Assembly (NCBI GenBank): GCA_964512085.1
Contig: CAZEIU010000001.1
Location: 7,647 to 71,646, forward strand
Reading direction: 5' to 3'
Length of the DNA stretch: 64,000 bases
DNA from: an uncultured Candidatus Saccharibacteria bacterium
GTDB taxonomy: Bacteria; Patescibacteriota; Saccharimonadia; CAILAD01; BJGX01
A program made the translations under genes and the position numbers. The notes under the pieces are model-generated. The model did no database searches and had not been told where the DNA came from. It saw nothing but the letters and a program-made list of their open reading frames with translations. Every line of letters starts with the position of its first letter. The stretch's first letter is position 1. Positions 27,295 to 36,249 of the stretch are shown piece after piece.

Positions 27295-27645
27295 GTGAAG
27301 TTGAAAATCGCACTTGTGGTAGATGATGAGAGAATATTGAATGTACCAGATGTAGACGAAGTAGTGCATGTTCAGTCGTCATCTGAAGCTATTGCCTATC
27401 TTCAGTCTCACCCAGTAATTCATCAGTTGTGGCTAGATCACGATCTAGGTCCAGATGATGTCATTATGAGACTGGTTGATCATATCGCCGAAGAAGCTTT
27501 CTTTGGCCGAGGCTACGATATTGACGAAATCGTAGTTCATACCATGAACCCTGTTGGTTCGGATAACATTATCCGCACACTTGAACGTTACTACCCTATT
27601 CGCAGAGCCTCGGTTCTACCCTATATTGAGAGTATTCACTCCTAA
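27295..27645 (+). CDS. standalone receiver (REC/CheY-fold)-like domain protein
   Basis: 116 aa. KIALVVDDE at the beta1 end, LWLDHDLG at the expected phospho-acceptor position, VVHTMNP at the beta4 Thr position; the conserved Lys near beta5 is not evident. No output domain. Confidence 0.45.
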   Translation: MKLKIALVVDDERILNVPDVDEVVHVQSSSEAIAYLQSHPVIHQLWLDHDLGPDDVIMRLVDHIAEEAFFGRGYDIDEIVVHTMNPVGSDNIIRTLERYYPIRRASVLPYIESIHS

Positions 27646-27653
27646 TTAATCTG

Positions 27654-27681
27654 CCCCTCGACATTATAGCGAGGGGTTTTT
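27654..27681 (+). terminator. rho-independent terminator (CCCCTCG-acattatag-CGAGGGG + T5)
   Basis: Read directly after the REC-like gene. Confidence 0.65.
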
Positions 27682-27697
27682 ACTTTGTTATTACTTA

Positions 27698-27733
27698 TTG
27701 ACTTTTTATAGTTTTTATGCTATTTTGTAATAT
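27698..27733 (+). promoter_or_regulatory. sigma70-like promoter (TTGACT-17 nt-TATTTT, overlapping TGtAATAT extended -10)
   Basis: Read directly upstream of the 74-aa membrane ORF. Confidence 0.45.
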
Positions 27734-27779
27734 GGTCTAATTGATAAATTGGGCCAAACCTTAACAGAAAGAGAGACCC

Positions 27780-28004
27780 TTGCAGAACGCCTTCGACAAT
27801 CTTTTCAAGATAATTATGGCAATGGCTGCTGTGGTGCTAGTAATGGCCTTTGTGGCTAATTACCCGGTACTGTTTGGAATCTTGATAGTTGCGATAATTT
27901 TTGTAGCTTTGTTTGTACGCGAACGGCGTCGCAATGCTGAGCTTCACACCGATAATCGTGCTCTCGAGCGTGATCTCGACCGAGCTCGCGGACGTCGCAG
28001 TTAA
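27780..28004 (+). CDS. small membrane protein (TTG start; alternative ATG downstream)
   Basis: One long hydrophobic helix (MAMAAVVLVMAFVANYPVLFGILIVAIIFVALFV) followed by a charged tail. Confidence 0.4.
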   Translation: MQNAFDNLFKIIMAMAAVVLVMAFVANYPVLFGILIVAIIFVALFVRERRRNAELHTDNRALERDLDRARGRRS

Positions 28005-28177
28005 TACAATTATTAGATACTACTACCAAGCCACCGGGGTCACTGTTAATCTCGCCAGATTATCACACCCCTTGGCTTTGGCCTCTCTTTCATTTATTAC
28101 TCTACAAATTGAGTTTGTACTGATGAGCTTCTGCTAATAAATATCGCAAAGCGAAAGTAATAAATAGTCAATAATTA

Positions 28178-28206
28178 TTGACATTTTTGTTATTATGTGA
28201 TAATAT
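28178..28206 (+). promoter_or_regulatory. near-consensus sigma70 promoter (TTGACA-17 nt-TAATAT)
   Basis: Read directly; ~40 nt upstream of the AAAGGAGAC RBS and GTG start of the next ORF. Confidence 0.55.
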
Positions 28207-28244
28207 CTTAGAGTTCCCCGCACCTCTATTCAAAGGAGACTTAG

Positions 28245-28847
28245 GTGCAAAAGCAACTTGTAAAAGTTGGGGCAGTACACGTACGATTCTTGGTAACTAC
28301 ACTACCGGCGCTTGCCAGTAATATTGAAGTCGGACATGAAACTGTTTATGACCTGACACGAAAGCTGAATAGCGCAACTGGCGTAAGTGTAATTGACTCT
28401 GACGATTCACGATCGGTCAACTGCACCAATCTGCTATCCCAGATAGAAAACGCTGGTTTTGTGCTAGTATCTGTAAGCATTCAAAAGCAGCTTTCGAACA
28501 GTAAGTTCTCTAAGGTCAAGTACGTTGTTAACTTCCACTTCGTTCCAATGGATGTTGCTATAGCACACGCACCGAACTTTAGTGAGCATAAAATTGCTAG
28601 GTCGCTTTTTAGTGAGTTTATTTCGATGAACTATTGGCATCTGATGGCCTTCGAGAACCCTGGCGAAGAAAAGCCCTGGCTTTCTATCGCCTGCAATAAC
28701 CGAGTGCAGAGGTATAAGGCTGATGACATGAGTAGACCGATTATGAAATACGATCGTGACTCTGACGGTGAAAAGGCAGGAGAGCCCTATCCCCTCCCAG
28801 CAGACTCGGTAATTACGTTCGATGGAGCATCTGTTACTCTAAATTAA
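28245..28847 (+). CDS. hypothetical protein (200 aa, GTG start)
   Basis: AAAGGAGAC RBS, own promoter and terminator; no motif recognised. Confidence 0.5.
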   Translation: MQKQLVKVGAVHVRFLVTTLPALASNIEVGHETVYDLTRKLNSATGVSVIDSDDSRSVNCTNLLSQIENAGFVLVSVSIQKQLSNSKFSKVKYVVNFHFVPMDVAIAHAPNFSEHKIARSLFSEFISMNYWHLMAFENPGEEKPWLSIACNNRVQRYKADDMSRPIMKYDRDSDGEKAGEPYPLPADSVITFDGASVTLN

Positions 28848-28864
28848 TATTTAGTGTTTTTCTG

Positions 28865-28891
28865 CCCCTCACCCATGTGGTGAGGGGTTTT
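28865..28891 (+). terminator. rho-independent terminator (CCCCTCAC-ccatgtg-GTGAGGGG + TTTT)
   Basis: Read directly. Confidence 0.65.
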
Positions 28892-28906
28892 ACCTTTTTA
28901 AAAAAA

Positions 28907-31789
28907 CTATAACTCTCCCCAATTTTTGCCAGTAGTAATTTCTACCTCTATGGGTACGGCGAATTTGTGTACCGACTCCATCTCGCTTTTTAGCAACTTA
29001 CCTATTTCGCTAGCTTGCGACTCTTTGCATTCAACTATTAATTCGTCGTGAATTTGAAGTATTAATTTGGCATCTTGAGGTAGTTTTTTGTGCACTTTTA
29101 TCATCGCTAGCTTCATCATGTCGGCCGCGGTACCTTGCAAAGGCATATTTACAGCCGCGCGCTCAGCTGCCGAACGAATAATAAAATTGTTTGATCTAAC
29201 ATCGGGGCATGGTCTTCGCCTGCCAAATAAAGTCTCGGTATAGCCTTTGTCGTGAGCAAATTTTTTAATGCTAGCTATATAGTCTGCCACTGCTTTACGA
29301 GTATTGAAATATCTGTCTATAAATTCTTTGGCTTGCTCGTAACTAAACCCAGTCGCCACCGCCAAACCATGGGTGTTCATACCATATAGCACCCCAAAAT
29401 TGATTGCTTTAGCGGCATATCGTTGTTCGGGCTTTACTTGCGACGGTTTTATATCAAACATCTCGGCTGCTGTTTGGGTATGAATGTCGGCCCCTTCTCT
29501 AAATGCATTAATCATAGGCTTGTCGCCAGCCAAATCGGCAGCTAGTCTAAGTTCTATTTGGCTATAATCGGCCGATACAAAAACATTACCTTTGTTGGCT
29601 ATAAAGGCCGTTCTAATTTCTTTGCCTACAGGAGTACGAATAGGAATATTTTGTAGGTTTGGATTGGTACTATTGAGCCTACCGGTTTGGGCTATTGTCT
29701 GATTGTAGCTAGTGTGAATTTTATTATCGCTTAGAACAAATTTTGGTAAAGCTTCAACGTAAGTCGACATTAATTTTGACAGTTCGCGATACTCAAACAA
29801 CTCATCAATAATTGGGTGCTTACCCTTAAGCTTCTCAAGCTCGCTGGCCGCTGTACTAACACCGGTTTTTATTTTTTTGAGCCCAGTAGTGTCAATTTTG
29901 AGTTCATCAAATAATATCACTTTGAGTTGTTGAGTAGAGCTAATATTAAACTGCTTACCAGCGTGTTTCCAGATAGATTTTTTAATTTGATCTAACCGGT
30001 CGCTAAATTTGGTTTGCAAAGTTTGCATGAATTTCACATCCAGCGTGACTCCTGCGATCTCCATATCGGCCAAAACTTCAATAAGTGGCCACTCAATATC
30101 TTCGGCAAGTTTGTGCAATTTTTTTGTTCCAGTTGGTTCTTGGCTAAGCTGTGTAGACAATTTTTTATATAATCGCCACGCTATATCGGCATCTTCGGCA
30201 GCATAAGGCCCAGCTACTTCAATTTCTACTTGATTAAAAGTGAGTTGTTCTTTGCCCTTTTTGCCCAATAATTCTTCGATACCTATCATTGATATGCCAA
30301 GCTCATTGTAGGCCAACTCTGAGAGAGACTGAGCTCTGCCGATGGGGTTAATTAAAAACGCCGCTATCATAGTATCAAAAACAATATTGTTCAATTTAAT
30401 GCCACAGCCATTAAAAACCTCATAGTCATATTTAAGATTGTGACCAATCTTACCGATCTTATTACTTTCTAAGATGGGTTTGAGCGAATTTAAAACATAC
30501 TCTTTATCTAATTGACCATCGGCAAGCTTAAAATTATCATACTCAGATGAAATTCCAGAAAGAAGCGAGGCTTGCAAGTGAGACGTAGAAACGCTACGTT
30601 GAACGCGAACCGTAGCTGATGACGCAGAAGTTCGCTGAGTATGAGGATTTTCTGAGGTATGACCTACGGGTATATAGTAAGCTTCGCCTTCTTTGAAACT
30701 CACCGATACTCCTACCAAGTGTGCCTCTAGAGCATTTGTGCTAGTTGTCTCGGTATCTATAGAAATTACTTTTTGCTGTTTTAAATTTGCTACGAGTTTA
30801 TTGAGTAATTCTTGGCTTGTTACTATGTGGTATTTGGCTTTTTTGAGATGTTCTCTATTGTATTTCTCGGCCTCGCTAAAACTACTGCTATCCCCATTAT
30901 TTTGTATAGGATCTTTAGTAATATCTTGGTTGGGCAACTTAGACAGCAAGCTCTTAAACTCTAGTTTGTGAAAAAGATCATAAACTTTGTTTTTATCATA
31001 CTCATGCAAAAGCGCATCACTTAACTTAAAATCTAGCTTAAGATCGAGAGCTATTTTTGAAAGCTTAAGACTTAAATAAGCATTATCTTTGTCTTTTTCG
31101 AGTTTGTTTTTTACGGCCGGTTTGAGGTTGTCGAGGTTTTTGTAAATATTATCGAGTGTTTTGTATTGTGCTACTAGCTCAGTAGCAGTTTTGTCGCCTA
31201 CTCCAGCCACTCCCGGTATGTTGTCGCTACTATCTCCTTTAAGGGCCTTGTAGACCACAAATTCATCTGGGGTAACCCCATAACGATCTTCTACAGCTTT
31301 GGCATCATAAATAACTGTATCGGTAAATCCTTTGCGCATAGTGTAGACACTCACATTTTTGTTAACCAACTGTAACTCATCCATATCGCCAGTTACAATC
31401 ACTACTTGATACTCCTTGCAGTATTGCTGTGAGAGCGTACCAATTACATCATCGGCTTCATAGCCGTTTTTTTCAATAAGTGGAATATTAAATGCTGCTA
31501 CAACATCTTTAGTAAGTGGCATTTGAGCAATCAATTCATCGGCAGTTTTCACGCGCGTGGCTTTATAATCTTTGTAGTCGTCGTGCCGAAAGGTTTTGCC
31601 AGGAGCGTCCCAGGCCACAATTGCAAAGTCGGGCTTAAGTTCGCGCAAAGCCAGCAACATCATCATGGTGAACCCATAAACTGCGTTGGTAGGTGTGCCA
31701 TCTTTAGTAGTGAGATACGGAATAGCGTGAAAACCTCTATGCAATAGAGCATGGCCGTCAAATATAACGATTTTTTTGAGTTTAGACAT
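28907..31789 (-). CDS. polA: DNA polymerase I (5'-3' exonuclease, 3'-5' exonuclease and polymerase domains)
   Basis: 960 aa; N-terminal FEN-like domain, exonuclease motif region (ISIDTETTS), polymerase motifs A/B/C (DYSQIELR, RRAAKAINFGVLYG, QIHDELIVE). Confidence 0.95.
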   Translation of the reverse strand: MSKLKKIVIFDGHALLHRGFHAIPYLTTKDGTPTNAVYGFTMMMLLALRELKPDFAIVAWDAPGKTFRHDDYKDYKATRVKTADELIAQMPLTKDVVAAFNIPLIEKNGYEADDVIGTLSQQYCKEYQVVIVTGDMDELQLVNKNVSVYTMRKGFTDTVIYDAKAVEDRYGVTPDEFVVYKALKGDSSDNIPGVAGVGDKTATELVAQYKTLDNIYKNLDNLKPAVKNKLEKDKDNAYLSLKLSKIALDLKLDFKLSDALLHEYDKNKVYDLFHKLEFKSLLSKLPNQDITKDPIQNNGDSSSFSEAEKYNREHLKKAKYHIVTSQELLNKLVANLKQQKVISIDTETTSTNALEAHLVGVSVSFKEGEAYYIPVGHTSENPHTQRTSASSATVRVQRSVSTSHLQASLLSGISSEYDNFKLADGQLDKEYVLNSLKPILESNKIGKIGHNLKYDYEVFNGCGIKLNNIVFDTMIAAFLINPIGRAQSLSELAYNELGISMIGIEELLGKKGKEQLTFNQVEIEVAGPYAAEDADIAWRLYKKLSTQLSQEPTGTKKLHKLAEDIEWPLIEVLADMEIAGVTLDVKFMQTLQTKFSDRLDQIKKSIWKHAGKQFNISSTQQLKVILFDELKIDTTGLKKIKTGVSTAASELEKLKGKHPIIDELFEYRELSKLMSTYVEALPKFVLSDNKIHTSYNQTIAQTGRLNSTNPNLQNIPIRTPVGKEIRTAFIANKGNVFVSADYSQIELRLAADLAGDKPMINAFREGADIHTQTAAEMFDIKPSQVKPEQRYAAKAINFGVLYGMNTHGLAVATGFSYEQAKEFIDRYFNTRKAVADYIASIKKFAHDKGYTETLFGRRRPCPDVRSNNFIIRSAAERAAVNMPLQGTAADMMKLAMIKVHKKLPQDAKLILQIHDELIVECKESQASEIGKLLKSEMESVHKFAVPIEVEITTGKNWGEL
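30537..30644. repeat. 108-bp in-frame insertion inside polA bounded by 10-bp terminal inverted repeats (TCATACTCAG / CTGAGTATGA), GC-enriched
   Basis: TIRs read directly; the length is a multiple of 3. It corresponds to an extra ~36-aa Ser/Thr-rich loop at a position where E. coli Pol I has a 16-aa linker between the VAH and LLKP blocks. Confidence 0.35.
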
Positions 31790-31839
31790 GATTTAATTAT
31801 AGCAAGAAAGTAGTTGCATAGTAGGTTATAATAAAAACC

Positions 31840-32208
31840 ATGCCAGAACCACAAAATACAACTGGAGTACCGCCTTTTCCGCCTGGGAATAAAGATAGGG
31901 GCGTTTCTCGTGAAGACGACGTAAATATTGGCTACGGCCCAGCCAACGAAGAAACTACTGCTGCTTTACTCAAAATTCGAGATGAGCAAGAAGCTGAAAA
32001 ACAAGGTCGGCCTTTAAGAAACCCAGACGCCAAGTCTGCACAACAAGCAGTTAATAGTAGAGAAGCTCAAATAGCTTGGCTCAATACACCAGACGGACGA
32101 AGATTTACAGAATTAACGACTAAGCTTGATAGTGGCGAGAGGCTAACTACTGAAGAATCAACCGATTTGGCTAAGATTCGCGCTCGACGAGCAAATAGAA
32201 ATTTGTAG
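31840..32208 (+). CDS. hypothetical protein (122 aa, charged/low complexity)
   Basis: ORF followed by terminator 32233-32259; no motif. Confidence 0.45.
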   Translation: MPEPQNTTGVPPFPPGNKDRGVSREDDVNIGYGPANEETTAALLKIRDEQEAEKQGRPLRNPDAKSAQQAVNSREAQIAWLNTPDGRRFTELTTKLDSGERLTTEESTDLAKIRARRANRNL

Positions 32209-32232
32209 TTAATAAATTACTACTTATTATTA

Positions 32233-32259
32233 CCCTTCACTTTTTTGGTGAAGGGTTTT
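32233..32259 (+). terminator. rho-independent terminator (CCCTTCAC-ttttttg-GTGAAGGG + TTTTA)
   Basis: Read directly. Confidence 0.6.
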
Positions 32260-33367
32260 AAGCTATATAGTCTTTGAGTCGTTTGGTATCTTTGTGCTTG
32301 CGTAACTTAGTAAGAGCTTTAGCCTCAATTTGACGTATGCGTTCGCGGGTAACACCAAATTCTTGACCAACTTCTTCTAGAGTGTGACTACGACCGTCTT
32401 CTAGGCCAAAACGCATACGTAATATTTTTTGCTCGCGAGGTGTCAGCATGCCTAGAGTGTCATCGATATGCTCTTTTAATAATTCAAATGTAGCTGCCTC
32501 GTGTGGGCTAACAGTGTCTTGATCTTCAATAAAATCACCGAGACTAGAGTCTTCGTCTTCACCTACAGTTGCATCAAGGCTAGTTGTATCTTGGCTAATC
32601 TTAAATATATGGTTAACCTTATCGACATCAATTTCCATTTCTTTGGCTATTTCTTCTGGTAACGGCTCTCGACCGAGTTCGGTAGTAAGACGTCTTTGGG
32701 TACGAATAAGTTTATTGATCGTTTCGACCATGTGTACTGGTATTCTAATAACTCTAGCTTGGTCGGCAATTGCGCGAGTAATAGCTTGACGAATCCACCA
32801 AGTAGCATAGGTACTAAACTTAAATCCTCTTTTGTAATCAAACTTTTCAACGGCTCTTAGAAGACCGGTATTACCTTCTTCTATTAAGTCTAGCAAATCT
32901 AACCCTCTACCAATGTATTTTTTGGCAATACTTACTACCAAGCGAAGGTTGGCTTCGGCCAAGGCATCTTTGGCGGCTTTATCGCCTTTTTCTATACGCT
33001 TGGCGAGCGCTACTTCTTCTTCTGCCGATATTAGAGGGATCTTACCAATCTCTCTCAAATACAAACGTACCGAGTCGTCGGCAATGTCTTTTATATAATC
33101 ATCACTTGTTGCAGCTTCGATATCTTCTTCTGGTTCAGTGTGCCAGATCATTTTGTCTTTTTGATCAACTACCTCTACACCTTGATCAATAAGAGCTGAA
33201 TACAAATCATCTAATTCTTCTACATTATTCTCAGCATCGGGCATTTCAGACATTATTTCTTGCTGCGTAATAAATCCTTTTTGTCGACCTTTGGCTACTA
33301 GCTTCTCGATTGATTTTTGTACAATCTCTTCGTCGCTAACATTGGCTGGTTCGTTTTTTTTGGGCAT
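32258..33367 (-). CDS. rpoD: RNA polymerase sigma factor RpoD (sigma-70 family, group 1)
   Basis: Regions 1.2, 2 ([37 protein letters not shown]), 3 and 4 ([20 protein letters not shown]). Confidence 0.9.
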   Translation of the reverse strand: MPKKNEPANVSDEEIVQKSIEKLVAKGRQKGFITQQEIMSEMPDAENNVEELDDLYSALIDQGVEVVDQKDKMIWHTEPEEDIEAATSDDYIKDIADDSVRLYLREIGKIPLISAEEEVALAKRIEKGDKAAKDALAEANLRLVVSIAKKYIGRGLDLLDLIEEGNTGLLRAVEKFDYKRGFKFSTYATWWIRQAITRAIADQARVIRIPVHMVETINKLIRTQRRLTTELGREPLPEEIAKEMEIDVDKVNHIFKISQDTTSLDATVGEDEDSSLGDFIEDQDTVSPHEAATFELLKEHIDDTLGMLTPREQKILRMRFGLEDGRSHTLEEVGQEFGVTRERIRQIEAKALTKLRKHKDTKRLKDYIA

Positions 33368-33372
33368 AAAAT

Positions 33373-35136
33373 TTACTCCTCGTTTAGTAAGGCTTGATAT
33401 TCTTTTAATAATTTTTTGACTTTTGTAGCATTTTTTTCGGCTTCGGCGGTGGCAATTTCTCTAGTGAGTTGGCGTTTTGTCTTTTCGCGCTCTATTTTAT
33501 TCAAGCGGTGTATCTGGGTATAGGCTTCGAGCCTTGCGTCGTGTTCTGACGAATCAGAATACACGTGTTCTCCCCGTAATGAAAGTATCTTAACATAATT
33601 AGAATATTTAGGCAATGATTTGGCAATAGTATTTGCATTGGCGCCAGGATTGCTTAGTAGGTGCTCAAAAATTGGTCGATGAAGAGACGAGGTATTTGAA
33701 ATGTCTATATCGCTTAATGCCTCTCTATAATCGGTGCTCGAGAGCATAAGCTCTAAAATGAGCTGCTCTATCTTCTCGCTTTTAGATAGTTTTCTTTTGG
33801 GTTGCGAGATGTTATCTGATTGAACAGAAGCTATCTGTGGTTCTTCTGACTTATCTACTTTAGATTTGAAGTCTTTTTGTAACCTATCTCTTAAAATATT
33901 CTCTGGTGTATCGATAGCTTGAGCGAGCTTCTTAATATAGTGCTCTTTCTCTACATTGTCTTGTATCTTTGCTACAATCGGTAAGACATTTTTGGCAAAT
34001 TGTTTTTTGCCAATGGCTGTTTTTATATCGTTTTTCTTAAGTTGAGTATCAAAAATATAATCTACAATATATTTGGCACTTGTGAGTGCATTTTCCCATG
34101 CTTTTTTGTCTTTTTTAATAAGTTCGTCTGGGTCTTTGGCTCCACTGTACGACACCACCATTAATTTAATATCTAGTTCAGAACTAAGTTCTATAGTCCG
34201 CTCCGTAGCGGCCACTCCTGCCTCGTCTTGATCAAAGCACAATTTAATATTATTGGTAATTCTAGAAAGCGTTTTGAGCTGTTCAGTGCTAAGAGCCGTG
34301 CCACTAGAGGCTACAACATTTTCATAACCATAATTTGAAAGTGCTACCACATCCATATTGCCTTCTACTAAAATAACTTCGTCTTTTTTTCTAATAGCCT
34401 CTCTAGCTTGCATAAGACCATAGAGTATACTGCTTTTGTGATAAATTTGTGACTCTGCTGAATTAATATACTTAGCAGTATCTTTGCTATTAGTTAACAC
34501 TCGTGCCGAGAAGCCAACTACCCTTTTTTGAGAATCAAAAATCGGAAACATTATTCTATCTCTAAAAGCATCATATGTGCTCTCGCTACCAGATTTTTGC
34601 TTAATGACACCGGCGCTTATTAATGTGCTGGTTGAATAACCTTTGCCCAATAAAAAGTCTCTTAATTCGTTCCAGCTATCTGGGCTATAGCCCAATTTAA
34701 ACCGTTTGATGGTTTCTACTTTGAGCCCGCGCTCGTCTGTTAAATACTGTAACGCTTTTTTATTTTTTGATAACTGCAAATGGTAAAACTTCATCGACAA
34801 TTCAAGTGCATCGTAAAGTTTTGTATTAGACTGAGTGTTGCTTTTATCTTTTGGTCTGGCTTTGAGTGTTACACCGGCCCTTTTGGCCAACATTTCTAAA
34901 GCTTCTCGAAACTCAATGCCTTCTATCTGCATAATAAAAGAAAAAACATCTCCACCTTGACCAGAGCTAAAATCATGCCAAATATTTTTCTCAGAACTGA
35001 CCATAAAACTTGGTGTTTTTTCGGCTTTAAAAGGGCTAATACCTTTATAATTGCTGCCAGCTTTTTTTAAAGGCACATAGTCACCAATTATCTCTACGAT
35101 ATCTAGCTTGTTTTTTATTTCTTCTACATCGTTCAT
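33373..35136 (-). CDS. dnaG: DNA primase DnaG (zinc-binding-domain ligands all substituted)
   Basis: TOPRIM (EGNMDVVAL...) and RNA polymerase domains present. The N-terminal ZBD-equivalent [13 protein letters not shown]...[10 protein letters not shown] aligns to CPFHNEKTPSF...YHCFGCGAGG, but with C,H,C,C replaced by S,K,D,S. Track ORF extends to 35208; a start at MNDVEEI (35136) is preferred. Confidence 0.8.
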   Translation of the reverse strand: MNDVEEIKNKLDIVEIIGDYVPLKKAGSNYKGISPFKAEKTPSFMVSSEKNIWHDFSSGQGGDVFSFIMQIEGIEFREALEMLAKRAGVTLKARPKDKSNTQSNTKLYDALELSMKFYHLQLSKNKKALQYLTDERGLKVETIKRFKLGYSPDSWNELRDFLLGKGYSTSTLISAGVIKQKSGSESTYDAFRDRIMFPIFDSQKRVVGFSARVLTNSKDTAKYINSAESQIYHKSSILYGLMQAREAIRKKDEVILVEGNMDVVALSNYGYENVVASSGTALSTEQLKTLSRITNNIKLCFDQDEAGVAATERTIELSSELDIKLMVVSYSGAKDPDELIKKDKKAWENALTSAKYIVDYIFDTQLKKNDIKTAIGKKQFAKNVLPIVAKIQDNVEKEHYIKKLAQAIDTPENILRDRLQKDFKSKVDKSEEPQIASVQSDNISQPKRKLSKSEKIEQLILELMLSSTDYREALSDIDISNTSSLHRPIFEHLLSNPGANANTIAKSLPKYSNYVKILSLRGEHVYSDSSEHDARLEAYTQIHRLNKIEREKTKRQLTREIATAEAEKNATKVKKLLKEYQALLNEE

Positions 35137-35172
35137 ATATGTAAGTATAGCGCTAATAAGTATTTTTTGTAG

Positions 35173-35202
35173 ATAAAAAGCATATCCTATGAGGATATGC
35201 TT
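35173..35202 (-). terminator. rho-independent terminator (AAGCATATCCT-cat-AGGATATGCTT + TTTTAT); the stop codon of the upstream small ORF lies in the loop
   Basis: Perfect 11-bp palindrome read directly. Confidence 0.55.
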
Positions 35203-35570
35203 GTACAACGAGCGATGCCGCTACGACAATCAATCACTTTGGTATTGCGAACTTTTGGCGTAGACGTATTGGGTTGCAAGAAAGAACTATTACGTCGCAA
35301 GAAATCACGCACAGCATGCTGGCCATGATAATGACAAATTTTACGATTGGTAACCTTCTTGCCATTTTTGCTATTCTTATGGCAGTAATCTTGAATTTCA
35401 CGAAGCGCTATGCCTTCAAGCTTACTTCTGCAACTATATTGATAGTGCGTAGGTTCGCCTAGATCAAGACGCCTTAGCACCTCTTTCACTGCATCTGCAG
35501 CGATTGCACTACACTCACGCTCACTCACCGAAGTGAACGTGTCGTCGTAATCGACTGTTGATACCGCCAT
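35187..35570 (-). CDS. small Cys/His-rich hypothetical protein (possible zinc-binding), GC-shifted
   Basis: 127 aa; motif ...DYCHKNSKNGKKVTNRKICHYHGQHAVRDF resembles the C...C-H-Y...H-RD pattern of the 15698-16072 ORF. Confidence 0.4.
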   Translation of the reverse strand: MAVSTVDYDDTFTSVSERECSAIAADAVKEVLRRLDLGEPTHYQYSCRSKLEGIALREIQDYCHKNSKNGKKVTNRKICHYHGQHAVRDFLRRNSSFLQPNTSTPKVRNTKVIDCRSGIARCTSISS

Positions 35571-35617
35571 GGTACATCCCTCTCGCTAGCGTTTGGGTAT
35601 CTATATTTATATGCTAT

Positions 35618-36187
35618 TTACAGATTTGAGTCAATGCTTTTTATTATTTTTATAAGCTCGGGAATAGTAGGAGTATTTTTGTTCAAAAAGTGACCCTTTT
35701 TATGCAAAATTATTTCTTGACCACCGAGACTACGAGATAGTTCAAGACTCTTTTCGGGCAAAACAGATTTATCATCATCGGATATAATGCTATATACTTT
35801 TTCAACTCTCGATTTAACCTTATCTATATTTGGCTGGGGTTTAAAAAACAAATCTGCGCTGCCTCTGCCCGGCGTAACAAATCCAGAAACCAGAATCAAT
35901 GCCTTGGCTTTTTCTTTGTGTGGTGCAGTGTCTCTATATTTGGATAAATAACGCAAAAGTGTGTATGTACCCAAAGAGTGGCCTAGCAGGATAGTTTGCT
36001 TATCGATGTGGTTAATGCTTCTAGAGGCAACGCCAACCCACTTACTGAGGTTTGGGATTTTTCCTACAGGCATTTGTGGAGCAACTACATCGTAGCCAAG
36101 CTTATTAGCCTGCTCTTTTAGCCAAAGCATCCAACCATGGTCTGGCCTATCTCGGTAACCATGAATAATAATTAATCTTTTTCTCAT
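35618..36187 (-). CDS. alpha/beta serine hydrolase (RBBP9/YdeN-like)
   Basis: 189 aa; IIIHGYRDRPDHGW...LLGHSLGT nucleophile-elbow motif. Size and motif order match the RBBP9/YdeN serine hydrolase family. Confidence 0.55.
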   Translation of the reverse strand: MRKRLIIIHGYRDRPDHGWMLWLKEQANKLGYDVVAPQMPVGKIPNLSKWVGVASRSINHIDKQTILLGHSLGTYTLLRYLSKYRDTAPHKEKAKALILVSGFVTPGRGSADLFFKPQPNIDKVKSRVEKVYSIISDDDKSVLPEKSLELSRSLGGQEIILHKKGHFLNKNTPTIPELIKIIKSIDSNL

Positions 36188-36249
36188 CTTTAGGGCATTA
36201 TAGCGTTGATTGATATTCTGCTCAAGTAAAATTATTATGGTTTTGATTA

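Noticed and set aside
35137-35208. N-terminal 24-aa extension of dnaG (track start 35208)
   Set aside because: The extension is hydrophobic/Y-rich, overlaps the terminator hairpin of the upstream small gene and is not needed for the DnaG fold. The start at MNDVEEI is preferred.
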